DNA of 64,000 nucleotides from a virus, in the IMG/VR virus record IMGVR_UViG_3300046170_000505. One strand, given 5' to 3'. Positions 40,344 through 52,741 of this stretch are shown piece by piece. A program made the translations under genes and the position numbers. Positions within the stretch are counted from its first letter, which is position 1. Each line of letters opens with the position of its first letter. The notes under the pieces are model-generated. The model was not told the origin of the DNA. It made no database searches and worked only from the letters and a program-made list of their open reading frames with translations.

Positions 40344-43300
40344 ACTTCTCTATCTTAAATAAAATTCAGCAACAAGCTGAAGAAATAAAAGATATTATTG
40401 ATCAAATAAAAGCCCTTGAAGAAGGGCTTAATTATTTAAATTACCCAAAACATCTTGATTATTTAAAAGAGTCAGACAAAGAAAAAACTCGCTTGACAAT
40501 CCAAAGACTACATGAAAGACTAGAATCCGATTATCCACATTGGAAAGAATAAATAAAAACAAATATGAAATTAACTAAATATCAAAAATCTGAATTACTT
40601 AAACATGATTGGGATGTCTATGAGGCAGAACATGGTCAAAATTGCGCATGGATTAGAATTGAACCTTCCGATGGGGAGATATTTGGACAAGTCGCTGAAG
40701 AATTAGGTTTAACAGGAGATGATGGAGATATTAAATTATTAATTGTCGGAACACAACAAGGAGATTAAATATGAGAACCACACAAAGAGAACTTAGAGAA
40801 GGTAACCCTACTATTGAAGATATGAGATATGATCTTGCGGAACAAGAAGCAATGAATATGAGTGTCAGTCAAATGATTCAATATATAATAGATGGGTTTG
40901 AAGGATTAGATAATATTCCCGACATTGAAATAAAAGAAGAATGGGAAGAAATTTTTGGAGAATTAAAAAATTGGGAGACAAATAAATGAATTTAGAACAA
41001 GCAATAGAATTAGTTTTAGAAGAAGCAGAAACATCTGCTATTGGCGATTTAGGAGAAAATCCCCATAGTCAATCGGTTATGTCTGCAATCGAATTAGTGC
41101 AATCTTTCTACGAAGAGCATGGACATCATTTCTCAAACTTTTCTCTTGACAAGGATTGCTGATCATGCAATTATATGTCTATCGTTAAATTAATAAACAA
41201 AAATTATTATGAAAAATTATTTTGAAACGCAAAGAGTTAATTGGAAAACATGGAATCCTAGCCAAATTATTTTTAAGAGCAATCGACTTATTAAAAAGTT
41301 AATGCCCGAAGAAAATGTTTTGTCTTGGACTAGTAAAGGTGATCGCAATCAAAAAATGTGCGAATTAACAAAAGGTAAAGTGCAAACAGGCTATCAAGGC
41401 AAAACTTATCATGGTAGTGAAAATCTTAAAGGTGTTATGGTTCAACTCAAAGATATGAATAGCGAATTTCCATCTGCTAACATTGATTTCGTTGATTATA
41501 CCCATCGAAAAGATAGTGTTGGAAATAATGTTGGAAGACTTGATGTATTAGTTTATCTAAATTCTTATCATGCTCCTTGGGAATATGTAAGATGTCTACA
41601 AACCAATAATTGGATTAGAAAACCAAGGGGCAATGTAGCGCCACTAGAAGAAGGTTATCGTATTTGTTATGGTGGACAAGGTGATTCTAATTCTATGTTA
41701 TTCGATGAGTTTCAAGAATTAATTCAAATAACAGAGGCAGTTAAAAACTTTCTTGTCGAAGTTCTTGTTCCTGTCAAAAATGGAGAGTATGACTATTCAG
41801 AATTAATGGTTGCATAATTGATGAAAGAATTAGAGATAAATAAAGAAGATCAAAGTGGGGAAGAGTCTCACTTATATAATATTATTAGTGCTTGCGAATT
41901 AGTCCTTGACGATATGGAGCATGGAGCAAAGTTATCTGAATCGAGTTTTAATTTACTCGGTTATGCAGATGGAATAATGCTTCGTATTCAAAAAGATGTT
42001 AGCAAGCAAAATATCCCAACAAACATAAGTGAATAATTTACTAGAGAGTTTGCCCGATGTATTTTATGCTATAAATATTATAGCAGGATGCGCCTTAGTA
42101 TTGCTCTTTCTTTTAATTATTACTAGCATAGATTCTGACTAATGAATATAGACTACGAATTACTAGAAGAACAAAGAAATCATTTGTTATCTATCTTGTG
42201 GCATGACAATAAAGACCCTCTTTTGAAAAAGAACTTTCGCCCCGAATTAGATAGCGAAATAGGTTGGGGCATTATTCATCTTTTAGATGCTCTATTGGAT
42301 GAAAATGAGAAGAATAAATAATGATTACAGAAACACAAATACAAAATTTTCTTTATGATATTGATGATGAATTAAGTGACGATCAAATAAATTCATTAGC
42401 ACAAAAAATATATAATAATCAAAAAATATTATTGGAGTTAATTAAAGATGGCACATGATGAATTTAATAGTGGTGCAAGTCATGGATTTAGCATGGCATT
42501 GTATGCAGTAAGAGATGTTGACAGAGAAATAGAGTACCCAAAAGAGGGGTTCGATAAAACAGATTATATAAGATATAATTCTCAAAAAGATTTATTATAC
42601 AAAATATATGAATCAATTAAAAAGCAACAAAAACTAGAAGTACATGAAAACGATTATTAAATTATTCTTGACATTTTCTTGTTTTTTTCTTATAAGTTGT
42701 TCTAGTGTAAAATTATCAAATAATTGCTTTTGCGTAGAAACACTTATCGACTGCGACATTTGTAAAAAACAACTTAAAAAATATGATCGTAAAAACCATT
42801 AAAAAACTAATTTGGTCTTTCACTCGTAAGCGAGAAATCAACAAAGTCACCAAGGATAGCATGATTAAGAACGAAAAAGTTCTTGAGCATTTAAGTGACG
42901 AAGCAGATTATGATGGGATGGGGGATTGGGGTAGATTTCCACCAATCAAAAAAGATAAATAATTATGGTTGACCTCACTTTATTTGAAAGAATAAATTCT
43001 CAAATACAAAGGTTAAGCGATGATCATAGCGAAGAAAATACTGATTTAATAAATAATGTATTGTTGCCTATGTTGCAGTACATCAGAGATCACGAAAAAA
43101 TAATGGAAGAAATTGCTAGAATTAGTAGTAAACATGGAATTTAATATGAGCCAACCAATGCAATGTCAAATTAATTGGGTAAAAAATTTAAATGAGTTAA
43201 TTAAACAACAAACTGATAGAAGAAATAATTGAAAACTTATTTAAGTAAAATCTTCTATTTCTTAGGAGACTTAGTCTCTCATCTTTTGCGTTATAATATA

Positions 43301-43725
43301 ACAGGCGCAATCTTTTATCCATTGTATAGAAAGCTAATGTTAATTAGTGTTAGCCTTGACACAAATAATATTGTGTGGGAGAATGCTCAAGATAAAGAAA
43401 GTTTAAAAATAGATTTAATTAGTAAAAGTAAAAGATGAAAATACAATTAGGGATAAGAGGTAGCATAGATGCAATCAACCATATTATCATTAAACTAGAT
43501 GATCTTATGCTTGTAACTGCTGACAATTTATTTCTCACAGGAGAAGAGGGTCGAATTAAAACAGGAAAAAATTTAGTCGAATTATTAAATGCTTTATCAA
43601 AGGATCATAAAATATCTGTCGGTGAAAGTATAGCTAAAGAAATTGAAAGAGAATTAAATTTAGAAAACAAAGAATTGCAAAAATTTATTGTTGACAAGGT
43701 TTAATTTTTGCCCTACTATTAATGT

Positions 43726-44229
43726 ATGAAAAAAGAAAACGCATCCGCTTTAGCGCTTGTTTACTTACATAAGCATAACTTACTCCAAAATGGTTGGAGA
43801 TTTAATTGGCATAGTAAAAAAGTTGCTCTTGGGACTTGTAATTATAATAAGAAAAAAATTTACTTATCTAAATGGTATGTCGAGCTTAACGATAAATTAG
43901 AAGTTGTTGATACTATTTTGCATGAGATCGCTCATGCTTTAGCTTACCATCGTCATGGAAGCGCAGGTCGTGGACATGGTAAAATATGGAAATCTATTTG
44001 CAGGGAGATAGGAGCAAGACCCGAAAGGTGCAATAAGAAAAAATTAAATAAACCAAATGATCATTATAAATATGTTGACACTTGTTGCGGAACAACTTAT
44101 AAAAGACACAGATTAAGAAAACACGCTAGATATTCTTGCCCAAAATGCGGGGTTGTTTTATACAAAGGAGAGAAGGCGAAAATAGCAGATCGCGCCACAA
44201 AAGAACTATTAAATGATATATTAAGATGA
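43726..44229 (+). CDS. SprT-like zinc metalloprotease
   Basis: LG.C; I.LS; ILHEIAH; HG..W; C..C. Confidence 0.88.
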   Translation: MKKENASALALVYLHKHNLLQNGWRFNWHSKKVALGTCNYNKKKIYLSKWYVELNDKLEVVDTILHEIAHALAYHRHGSAGRGHGKIWKSICREIGARPERCNKKKLNKPNDHYKYVDTCCGTTYKRHRLRKHARYSCPKCGVVLYKGEKAKIADRATKELLNDILR

Positions 44230-44620
44230 GAAAAGGACACTATATATGGAACAGAGCAGACAGAGTAGACCCCTCTGTTATGCCACAAGTAGTTTTAGAA
44301 TCTTTCAATGAATGGCGCAAAGATTTAATGAAAGAATATAAATGCGGAAATGAAGATAGAAAAGCTCAAATATTGCGCACAATAAAAAAGCAAAAAATTA
44401 ACCTCGTTTATAATTTAGAGAGACTAGGCTATGAACAATATAATTGAAGTAAAAGAAAAGAAGTATAAAAATCGCAAAGATTCTTTGTGGGTCGTAACTT
44501 CTAATCATGCAGAAAATATTAATTTATTAACTCGCAAAAAAAGCCTTGACAGGGTTGATTTACTATGCTTAACTGATCTTGGTTTTAAAATAAATCATAA
44601 ATAAATAAGGAGAAAATATT

Positions 44621-45040
44621 ATGGGATTAGATATGTACGCATACGCAAAGAACTCCAACGGAGAAGAAGAATCACTTGCTGATTGGCGCAAGCATAATCG
44701 CTTGCATGGTTGGATGGAAGACCTTTGGGAAGACAAAGGTAGACCATACGAAGGCAACTTAGATGATTTAAATAATGGGGGCATGGGGGAATTTAATTGT
44801 GTCCCTGTTGAGCTTACCTTGGAAGACCTTGATCAACTAGAGATTGATATTAAGGAAAAAGTTTTGCCCGAAACAGGTGGATTCTTTTTCGGTGACGATT
44901 CTTTTGATTGGGAAGACGATGATGGTAATAAGCCAAAAGCAGGAGACTATTATTACAAGCAAACTGATCTACAATTCATTGAAGATGCTCGCAAAGCAAT
45001 TAATGAAGGGAAAAAAGTTTATTATAGTAGTTGGTGGTAA
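44621..45040 (+). CDS. conserved phage hypothetical protein
   Basis: MGLDMY..WRKHN.LHGW..GFFFG..YSSWW family pattern. Confidence 0.75.
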   Translation: MGLDMYAYAKNSNGEEESLADWRKHNRLHGWMEDLWEDKGRPYEGNLDDLNNGGMGEFNCVPVELTLEDLDQLEIDIKEKVLPETGGFFFGDDSFDWEDDDGNKPKAGDYYYKQTDLQFIEDARKAINEGKKVYYSSWW

Positions 45041-45045
45041 ATTTT

Positions 45046-45120
45046 CGCATGGTAGCCAAGTGGTAAGGCAGGAGTCTGCAAAACTCCCATTCATCAGTTC
45101 GATTCTGATCCATGCGTCCA
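45046..45120 (+). tRNA. tRNA-Cys(GCA)
   Basis: Acceptor CGCATGG/CCATGCG; anticodon arm GGAGT-CTGCAAA-ACTCC; T arm ATCAG-TTCGATT-CTGAT; U73; encoded CCA. Confidence 0.95.
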
Positions 45121-48100
45121 TTTAAACAAAATGACTGATTATCAAATATATGTTACTGCGCTATTAATGCTTTTTATAATAATAGGAATTTTAGAATAAA
45201 ATATGAAACCAATTACCACAAAAGAGATTGAAGCAATCGAACATCTAGGAGATTACATCCGTGATGGATTAGAAGAAGTCAAAGAAGAAATCCATAATCT
45301 TTCAAATAGTGATGTTGTTCATGCGCTTGATGACATCAGATCAGTTCTTGATGAAATGACTAACGAAGTTTCCGAACTACGAGTATCTATGAGAGACATC
45401 GCTAGATCACTAGAAATTATTGCTAATAAATAAAAAGTGTTGACAAGCTAATAAAATAATTCTAACATAGCTTCCATGAATACAACAGAAGCATTCCTAG
45501 ATAGCATTAAACAATCAATTTCTAACGCAGAGAAGATAGCGAACTCGATTCCTCGCAAGGGTCTAAATGTTTATCTTGACAAGTCAACTATGGTCATGCA
45601 ACAATTTGCTGATCCTAGTGCATTTGATCATGCCAAGAAAGTTACCGCAAGAGCAGGGCAATCAAGTTGCCTTCGCAATGTATTAGATGCAGGGGGCAGA
45701 ACACAAGCAAAAGCATTATAAAAGATGCAAAATAATTGTTTAACTATATAAACACAAACTTCTTATTAATAACATAACAAAACGCTTAATATATCATGCA
45801 AAATTTACCAACATACGAAGAGTGGACAAAAGATATGTCCTTGGCAGATCAAATAAAATTTTATTTTGATGTTGACATTGACAACTATTTAGGTGATCCT
45901 TGGGAAATACTCGCAGAATGTGCAGTTGATTCACATTGGCTAAGTGAGTTTAAAGTTAATTTTAAAGAATATTTACAAGAAAGAGAATATATAAGATGAA
46001 TGAATTAAATTATTATCGAGTTGACTCAATTCCTTATTTTTACATTGCAGAAATTGTTAAACAAGGTCATGCCCTTTATAGCAAAAAAGTGAAAGTTGAT
46101 GCTTTTACTATTGACAATACTACGAATAAGATTCACAATTTAGGTTGGGATAGAGCAATAAAATCTCATGTAGAAAAAATTAATAACAAGAAAAGAAAAG
46201 ATCAGTTATATTTACCATGAAAGAATTAAAAGAAAAATTAAAAGAAAACATTCAATATCATGTGGATAGAGTGGCTAAAACAGGCTCATCAAGTTTCTCT
46301 ACTTGCGACTATCGTGGATGGGATAAAGATATTTGGAATCACAGACATTCTATCATTGACAAACTAGTCAGCACAGGCTATCGTGTTGAAAGTGCAGTTA
46401 ATCATGGAGTATTAGATGTAAAAATAACTGCAAATTTAGAATTATGAAAGTAAATAAAGTTTGGAATATTGAGCCACAAAAAATGTTAGATTATATTCTT
46501 GAAGCGGACAGATCAAATGGTTTGCACAAAGAGGGAGATTATAGTCCTGCATTTTATGTTGGAAAAGACTTAGATTATATTCGTGAAGTTTATGAAGATT
46601 ACAATGGTCTTGATAGTCTTACCGAAGCAGAGCAAATAGAGAACGAATATTACCGATTGGAGATTGCATAATGAAAGTAACAAATGTGAGATATTTTGAG
46701 ACAAACAGAGGTCTCGGTTATCAATGCAAAACCAACATCGAGGGCATCGAAATATGGAACGATGGAAATGGTGGAGCAACTTATTTAGATGGTGCATATA
46801 AATATACAAAAAATTTCGAGCATTTATCTGAATCATACTTGGAAAATTTAATTGACAAATACGAAAAACTATGAAAAACCAAATAGAAGAAATAGTTTAC
46901 CACAAAGATCAAATGTCTCTCGATTTTAATTGGGAAGAAATTGATGACGAATTAATTAAGAGAGAGGCGACAATTTCCGTAGCAAATGGAGAGTATGAAG
47001 ATTGGGATCATGCTTATGAATCCCATTGGGATATGTGGGAAAGTGGAGATTTAATCTTGACAGAATCATTTTAAATCTTTATGGTATCGACATATTAAAA
47101 TAATATCTTTATAAAAACAAAAAATATCGACACATGAACATCAATCACATATACGAAGACGAAACTACTGAAGAAAAATTTTGGTACGATAGTTTCACAG
47201 GTACTTACTTTCTCGATGATGAAGAATGGGAAGAGCCAATGGAATTTACCGAAGATGAATTAATTAACGAAGGAATTTATTTAAATGAGTTCAACCAAAG
47301 GGTATAGTGCGATAGAAGGTTGCATAAGGCAAAGCTCAGACTTGCCAATAGAAAAAGACATTCAAGAAATAACCTTGACAACAGAAGACTTACATGATCT
47401 ACTTGGTCAACTTTTTATTATTAAGAAAATCAAAAACAAAGAAATAAAGCTAATATTATCAGATGAAAGAATATAATATAAATCTTGGCTTAACTAATCA
47501 AGACATTAAAGAAATTACGGATGGCGGAATTAAGTTACATTTTTTGCCAACTAGCGATACTGATTATGATGAAAAAATCACTATCTCAATCGGCAAAGTT
47601 GACGATGATGCGCCTTTGTCAGAGTGCATGGATTTAGTTGTAGGTCAATTTCAAGATTCAGAAAGTGAAGAATTATCCTTGACAGGGTTATCTTGATAGG
47701 TTAATGTATTGGTATGAATTACATAACAGAAGAAATTAAATTTAAAGTTCCACAAAATGGTGGAGATCAATATCGCTTATATGAGTGCGTAGATCAAATC
47801 GCAGACCTCATTGATATGTATTTCGGTACTGCAATAGAAGATACCACAAATATACATAGATTAGTTGACGAAGAACTTGTTGTGGCAATGAGAAGGCAAG
47901 CTAAAGAAAATGAACTAGAAAATATAAATGGGGGTAGCAGGTAATGGGTAAGAAAGCAACAAAAAAGGGGGTGACTCCAAAAGAAAAAGGTCAAAAACTC
48001 CACATGATTTCTAAAAAATCATCTCACACAGGCGCACAACCCTTGGTAGAGCATATAGATATGCCAAATGTCAAGGTCACACAAAAAATGCGTAAAGCTC

Positions 48101-48445
48101 AAGAAAGTAAAAGAAATTTAGATAAGTAAACTATTGCTCAATTAAAAAAATTTTTAATTTTCACATTAGTTTATTTTATAAATATTATTATACAAAACAG
48201 ATGAAAGAGATCGTCAATTTAATTAAACAAAAAATCGAAGAGAATAAAAATCTCTCGATCACCAATCAAGAAGATGAACAAGTTTACATCTTAGAAATCG
48301 CTTGCATGAAAGAATGTTTAGATTTCATAAACAACTATGATTGGGATAGTTACAACAAATTAAAAAAAAAGTGTTGACAGACGAACAAAAGTTTTCTATG
48401 ATCTGAATCATAATTTAATTATCAACAACAAAACAAAAAACGAAA

Positions 48446-50746
48446 ATGATAATCACACAAGAAAAAACAAAACAAGTTGTTCAATCGCATGATTTCGAGC
48501 AAGTAAACTGCACGATTGATGCCGAAGATATGCGCTATGTTGCATCTCTTCTTAGAAACAACTATTCTAATCCTGCGCTTGCAGTTGTTAGAGAGATTAG
48601 CGCAAACGCATTGGATGCCAATACCGAAGCTAATTCTACTAAAAGAATTGAAGTAAAATTGCCATCAAGTATGAGTCCAAACTTTTCTGTTCGTGACTTC
48701 GGTGGTGGATTAAGTGAAGAAGATATTTTTGGTCTTTATTCCAAGTATGGTAAGTCAACCAAAAGACAATCAAACAATTATATTGGTGCTTTCGGTATCG
48801 GTAAGTTTGCTCCACTTTCTTACGGAGATAGTTTTACTTGCGTTTCTTATTATGGTGGAAACAAAACTACTTACAATGTTTTCGTCAATGAAGATGACGA
48901 TACAAAGATTGCAAGAATTGGTGATCCCGAATCAACCAATGAACCAACAGGTCTTTGTATTGAAGTTGCAGTTTCCGAATCTGATCGTGACAACTTTAGA
49001 AACATCGCTCAAAATTTCTTCAAATTCTTTTCAAAGAAAGATATGCCTAATTTTGTAGGTACTGAAGAAGGTTTTATTTCTGCACCCGAAATTTCAATCG
49101 AAGCAAAAGATGGTTCATGGTTTTTTACTGAGGAAGAAAATCGTTACAATTATTATAATAGAAGTCAAAATCGCCCTAAAATTCTCATGGGTAGAGTTTC
49201 CTATCCACTAAGTTCAGACTCTATTGTAACTGATAAGTTTTTTAAAGACGATAAAAAGAAAAGAATTGTAGATTCAATCTTGCAAGCATCAAACTTTCAT
49301 TTGCGATTACCTCTTGGTTCTGTAAAGTTGCACCATAGTCGTGAGATGTTGGAGTACAATGAGTCAACACAAAGAGTATTGTGCAAGTATCTCAACAAAG
49401 TTGTAGATGAAATCCAAATAATTGCACAAGAAAAACTTGCCGATTCAGATGATTTGTTCTTGGCTAAAAGAAATTATGCTAAGATAATCAATACCATGCC
49501 ATATCATTGTAAGGATATTTTTAACAATGCTTTCTCATGGAATGGGATTGAAATTAATAGTCCTGCTTTTTCTCGTCCACACGATATGTACGAAGATTTG
49601 ATTATTACAGAATTTACTAGAGATTCCGATACAAGTGCAAGAGATGGGTTTAAGGTTAAATCGGGCAAAGTAAACAGATTATTGTGTCAAGATAATTGCT
49701 TATTTATGATTCAAAATTTAGAATCTGCTCATGGCAATAACTTGAGGGTTCGCACTCTTATGACTGAAGATACTGACCTTCAAGTAGTTTATGTCGTGAG
49801 AGCAGTTAATAGTTCAGCGGAAAATGTTCTTTGGACTCAATGGGAATTTAATCGTATTTCAGATGATCATATTAGATATTCTGATAATGTGGAAAAACAA
49901 AAGCCCAACAGAAGTGGAGTGCGTAAGTCTAACGGAAGTCGAGCAGACATTGCATTATTCAGCATGAAACTTGACAGAAGTAGTTGCTATCGCAATGCCG
50001 ACTATTGGGAAAATGCTTCCTCAAAGATTAATGAAATCGAAGATGGTTCTGAAGTCGATGGTAATTTTGATGGAAAATTGATTTATGTTCCAATCAAGAA
50101 TTACAAAATTGATTACCCTCTTGATGGTTTTAGTTCTGAACTTGATGCGATGCGCTCAAGAATGAAGAAAATTAATGACTCAATTAAAGAAGATGCGCCC
50201 AAATATGCTTTGTTCGGTGTTCGCAAGATTGACATTAAAAAATTAGACAAAGACTTATGGATAGACTTTAAAGACTTCTACAAATTAATTGCTAAAAAAT
50301 TATTGCTCGATAATATTGACGAAGCGAATCGTATCTATACCGCCAACTTAATTAGCAAAGATAAAGATCACGATAGTTTTGATAGAGAGTTTTACCAACA
50401 TTTGTACAAAGTCTTTGTCGCCAATGGTTTAAACTTCAAAAACCTTAAAGATAGTTTGTTTGTAGAATGTTTAAATTTATATAAAAGTTATGGTGATCGT
50501 AATTCTAATCTTCTTATTTATGTGAATTATTTATTGGAGTGCGACAAGACTTGGGTTGAATCCAACTTAACTGAAAAGATTTCTTTTGCCGATTATAAAA
50601 GCAAGATGATTGCTTGCCATGAGAAATATCCAATGATTTCACTTGTCGGTTGTCATTATTCTGATTGGAGAAACGATGCGTTCACTCACATTGAATCTGT
50701 AACCATGATCGAAAATTACATTACCATGTGTGAGCTTTGTGGCTAA
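48446..50746 (+). CDS. rIIA: rIIA-like protein with N-terminal GHKL/HATPase domain
   Basis: YSNP..AVVREISANALDA; VRDFGGG; YG.STK; GAFGIG; adjacent to rIIB. Confidence 0.85.
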   Translation: MIITQEKTKQVVQSHDFEQVNCTIDAEDMRYVASLLRNNYSNPALAVVREISANALDANTEANSTKRIEVKLPSSMSPNFSVRDFGGGLSEEDIFGLYSKYGKSTKRQSNNYIGAFGIGKFAPLSYGDSFTCVSYYGGNKTTYNVFVNEDDDTKIARIGDPESTNEPTGLCIEVAVSESDRDNFRNIAQNFFKFFSKKDMPNFVGTEEGFISAPEISIEAKDGSWFFTEEENRYNYYNRSQNRPKILMGRVSYPLSSDSIVTDKFFKDDKKKRIVDSILQASNFHLRLPLGSVKLHHSREMLEYNESTQRVLCKYLNKVVDEIQIIAQEKLADSDDLFLAKRNYAKIINTMPYHCKDIFNNAFSWNGIEINSPAFSRPHDMYEDLIITEFTRDSDTSARDGFKVKSGKVNRLLCQDNCLFMIQNLESAHGNNLRVRTLMTEDTDLQVVYVVRAVNSSAENVLWTQWEFNRISDDHIRYSDNVEKQKPNRSGVRKSNGSRADIALFSMKLDRSSCYRNADYWENASSKINEIEDGSEVDGNFDGKLIYVPIKNYKIDYPLDGFSSELDAMRSRMKKINDSIKEDAPKYALFGVRKIDIKKLDKDLWIDFKDFYKLIAKKLLLDNIDEANRIYTANLISKDKDHDSFDREFYQHLYKVFVANGLNFKNLKDSLFVECLNLYKSYGDRNSNLLIYVNYLLECDKTWVESNLTEKISFADYKSKMIACHEKYPMISLVGCHYSDWRNDAFTHIESVTMIENYITMCELCG

Positions 50747-50767
50747 ACTTTGTTGTTATATGCTATT

Positions 50768-50807
50768 GAAGAGGGAGAGGTTTATCGTTTACCCTCTCCC
50801 TCTTCTT
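50768..50807 (+). terminator. hairpin/terminator
   Basis: GAAGAGGGAGAGG...CCTCTCCCTCTTC. Confidence 0.7.
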
Positions 50808-50900
50808 AATCTTTTAAAAAAAACTATTGACATAACATTTAAAATCTACTAGAGTATTAAACATAGCTCAAATTACTGAAAGTTAAAATTAAAAAATACC

Positions 50901-52202
50901 ATGAATAAAGTACCATACATAATTAACGAAAATTCTCTCACCATCTTTTGGGAAGGTAAACCTTATACCTTACGCAAAGATCATGTCAACTTCAACCTTG
51001 CAAAGAGTGCAATCTTGGAAGCTAGATATGATGATCTAGGAGATTTGCTAGACATTGCCAAAGCAGTTGAAAATTTTGTTGAAGGAGATGTTGAAGTCAA
51101 AGACGAAGTTGTTTACTACAAAGGTCATCGTTTGCATGGTGTTGTGGTTGATAAATTGCTTGAAATGCTTCGTGCAGGAATGAAAGATTCTGCTCCTCTT
51201 GTTAATTTTATCACTAGGTTGCAAAGCAATCCATCTGCAAACTCTGTAAATGAACTTTATTCTTTTATGAGTTATAAGTCTTTGCCAAACACTCCCGAAG
51301 GTAAGATTTTGGGATACAAAGGTGTTCAATCAGATTTTTGGTCTAATACAGGCAATGCTGACACTATTGTTTTGCAAGGTCAAACCAATGAGCGCCATCA
51401 AATTTTCAACGGAGTTGGAGAAACGATTGAAGTTGCTCGTAGATGCGTAGACGATAACAAAGATCATCATTGTTCTTTTGGTCTTCACATTGGCTCATAC
51501 GATTATGCCAATAATTGGGCAGGAGAAGATGGTCGTTTACTTATCGTAGAGTTTGATCCCGAAGATGCAGTTTCAGTTCCAACCGATTGCGATTTCCAAA
51601 AACTTCGTGTTTCTAAGTATCGTGTTATTTCAGATATAACTGACACAAGAAAAGAACTCGATAAACCTGTCTATGAAGCTAACAAACCAATCTACGGATC
51701 AAACGATACTGATCTTGAAGTTGATTATGACGAAGATTATGACGATGACGAAGATTATGTCGATGAAGATGATTCTGATTTCGAGGAAGAAAGCACTCCA
51801 CAATCTTTATTCGTTGACTCTGACGAAGAACCAATCATAAATGGTTGCGGAGATGATTCGGATGATGACTATGATTTCGGTGATGCAGATGACGAACCCG
51901 AAGTTATTCTTCCCGAAGGATATGATGACCCTGCTTTTGATGGAAATGAAGGTTCGGGGCAAAACGAAGACAAAACTACATCAGATAGTCAAGACATGAT
52001 TGATTTAGCAATTAAGAATTATGTTCAAAATAAATTTGAATCGGGCATAAAGCCAACAATCAAAAATATTGCTGACCTTAAAATTTGTCGTAATAATTCT
52101 GTTCGTTGCAAAGAAATTGGATTTTTAGTTGAAAAACTTGGATTTCAAGTTGAAGATAACAATAACAAAATCTTTAGTAATCTACAAATAAATGGAATTT
52201 GA
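50901..52202 (+). CDS. rIIB: rIIB-like protein with a long acidic linker
   Basis: NPS..S..ELY.F; GYKGV; CSFGLHIG; DAVSVP.D...K.RV..Y. Confidence 0.85.
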   Translation: MNKVPYIINENSLTIFWEGKPYTLRKDHVNFNLAKSAILEARYDDLGDLLDIAKAVENFVEGDVEVKDEVVYYKGHRLHGVVVDKLLEMLRAGMKDSAPLVNFITRLQSNPSANSVNELYSFMSYKSLPNTPEGKILGYKGVQSDFWSNTGNADTIVLQGQTNERHQIFNGVGETIEVARRCVDDNKDHHCSFGLHIGSYDYANNWAGEDGRLLIVEFDPEDAVSVPTDCDFQKLRVSKYRVISDITDTRKELDKPVYEANKPIYGSNDTDLEVDYDEDYDDDEDYVDEDDSDFEEESTPQSLFVDSDEEPIINGCGDDSDDDYDFGDADDEPEVILPEGYDDPAFDGNEGSGQNEDKTTSDSQDMIDLAIKNYVQNKFESGIKPTIKNIADLKICRNNSVRCKEIGFLVEKLGFQVEDNNNKIFSNLQINGI

Positions 52203-52413
52203 TATAAGAGAACGAATCATTCATCATGCAATCGAATTGCGTGAAAAATCAAGAGAAAGCGGAAAAATAATTTCCGAAATTCAAAACGACAAAAAAGCAC
52301 TTGAAGAATATTTCAAGAAGGATGCTGAAGAGAATACAAAGTTTATGACTAGGTTTTTTGCTTTACTAGATGAGTATGAAGCAATCAATGGTAAGATAAA
52401 AACAGATTTGTAA
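52192..52413 (+). CDS. hypothetical protein
   Basis: Overlaps the rIIB stop. Confidence 0.55.
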   Translation: MEFDIRERIIHHAIELREKSRESGKIISEIQNDKKALEEYFKKDAEENTKFMTRFFALLDEYEAINGKIKTDL

Positions 52414-52741
52414 TTTTATAATAAAAATTTATGTTTAATATTTGGTATTGTGGCGCAGTTTTTTTCATTGGATTTCACGATCTAATGTTGTTTCCTGTGG
52501 TCAACTTTCATCACCACTTGGGTAATCACATAAAAGCCTAAGACTCTTTTTATTCATTAATACATCATTGACATATACAATAAGCTATAATACAATATAT
52601 AGATAGAGTAATATACAATGAATTAATAATAGATTATGTGTGAATTGGTGAAAATGTGGGTTGGCAGACTTAATTTTATAAAATATTTTGTTAAATTGTT
52701 TTATTTTATTTACGGAAAAATCGGTACAAACAGAATCAAAT

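Larger units (their letters stand above)
32323..48129 (+). other. early/host-takeover array of more than 60 small co-oriented hypothetical CDS
   Basis: Tightly packed ORFs, mostly 50-200 aa, with overlapping stop/start codons and frequent TTGACA promoters; recognisable members are listed separately. Confidence 0.8.

Noticed and set aside
44844-45125. 93-aa ORF
   Set aside because: Alternative-frame overlap of 44621..45040 and tRNA-Cys.
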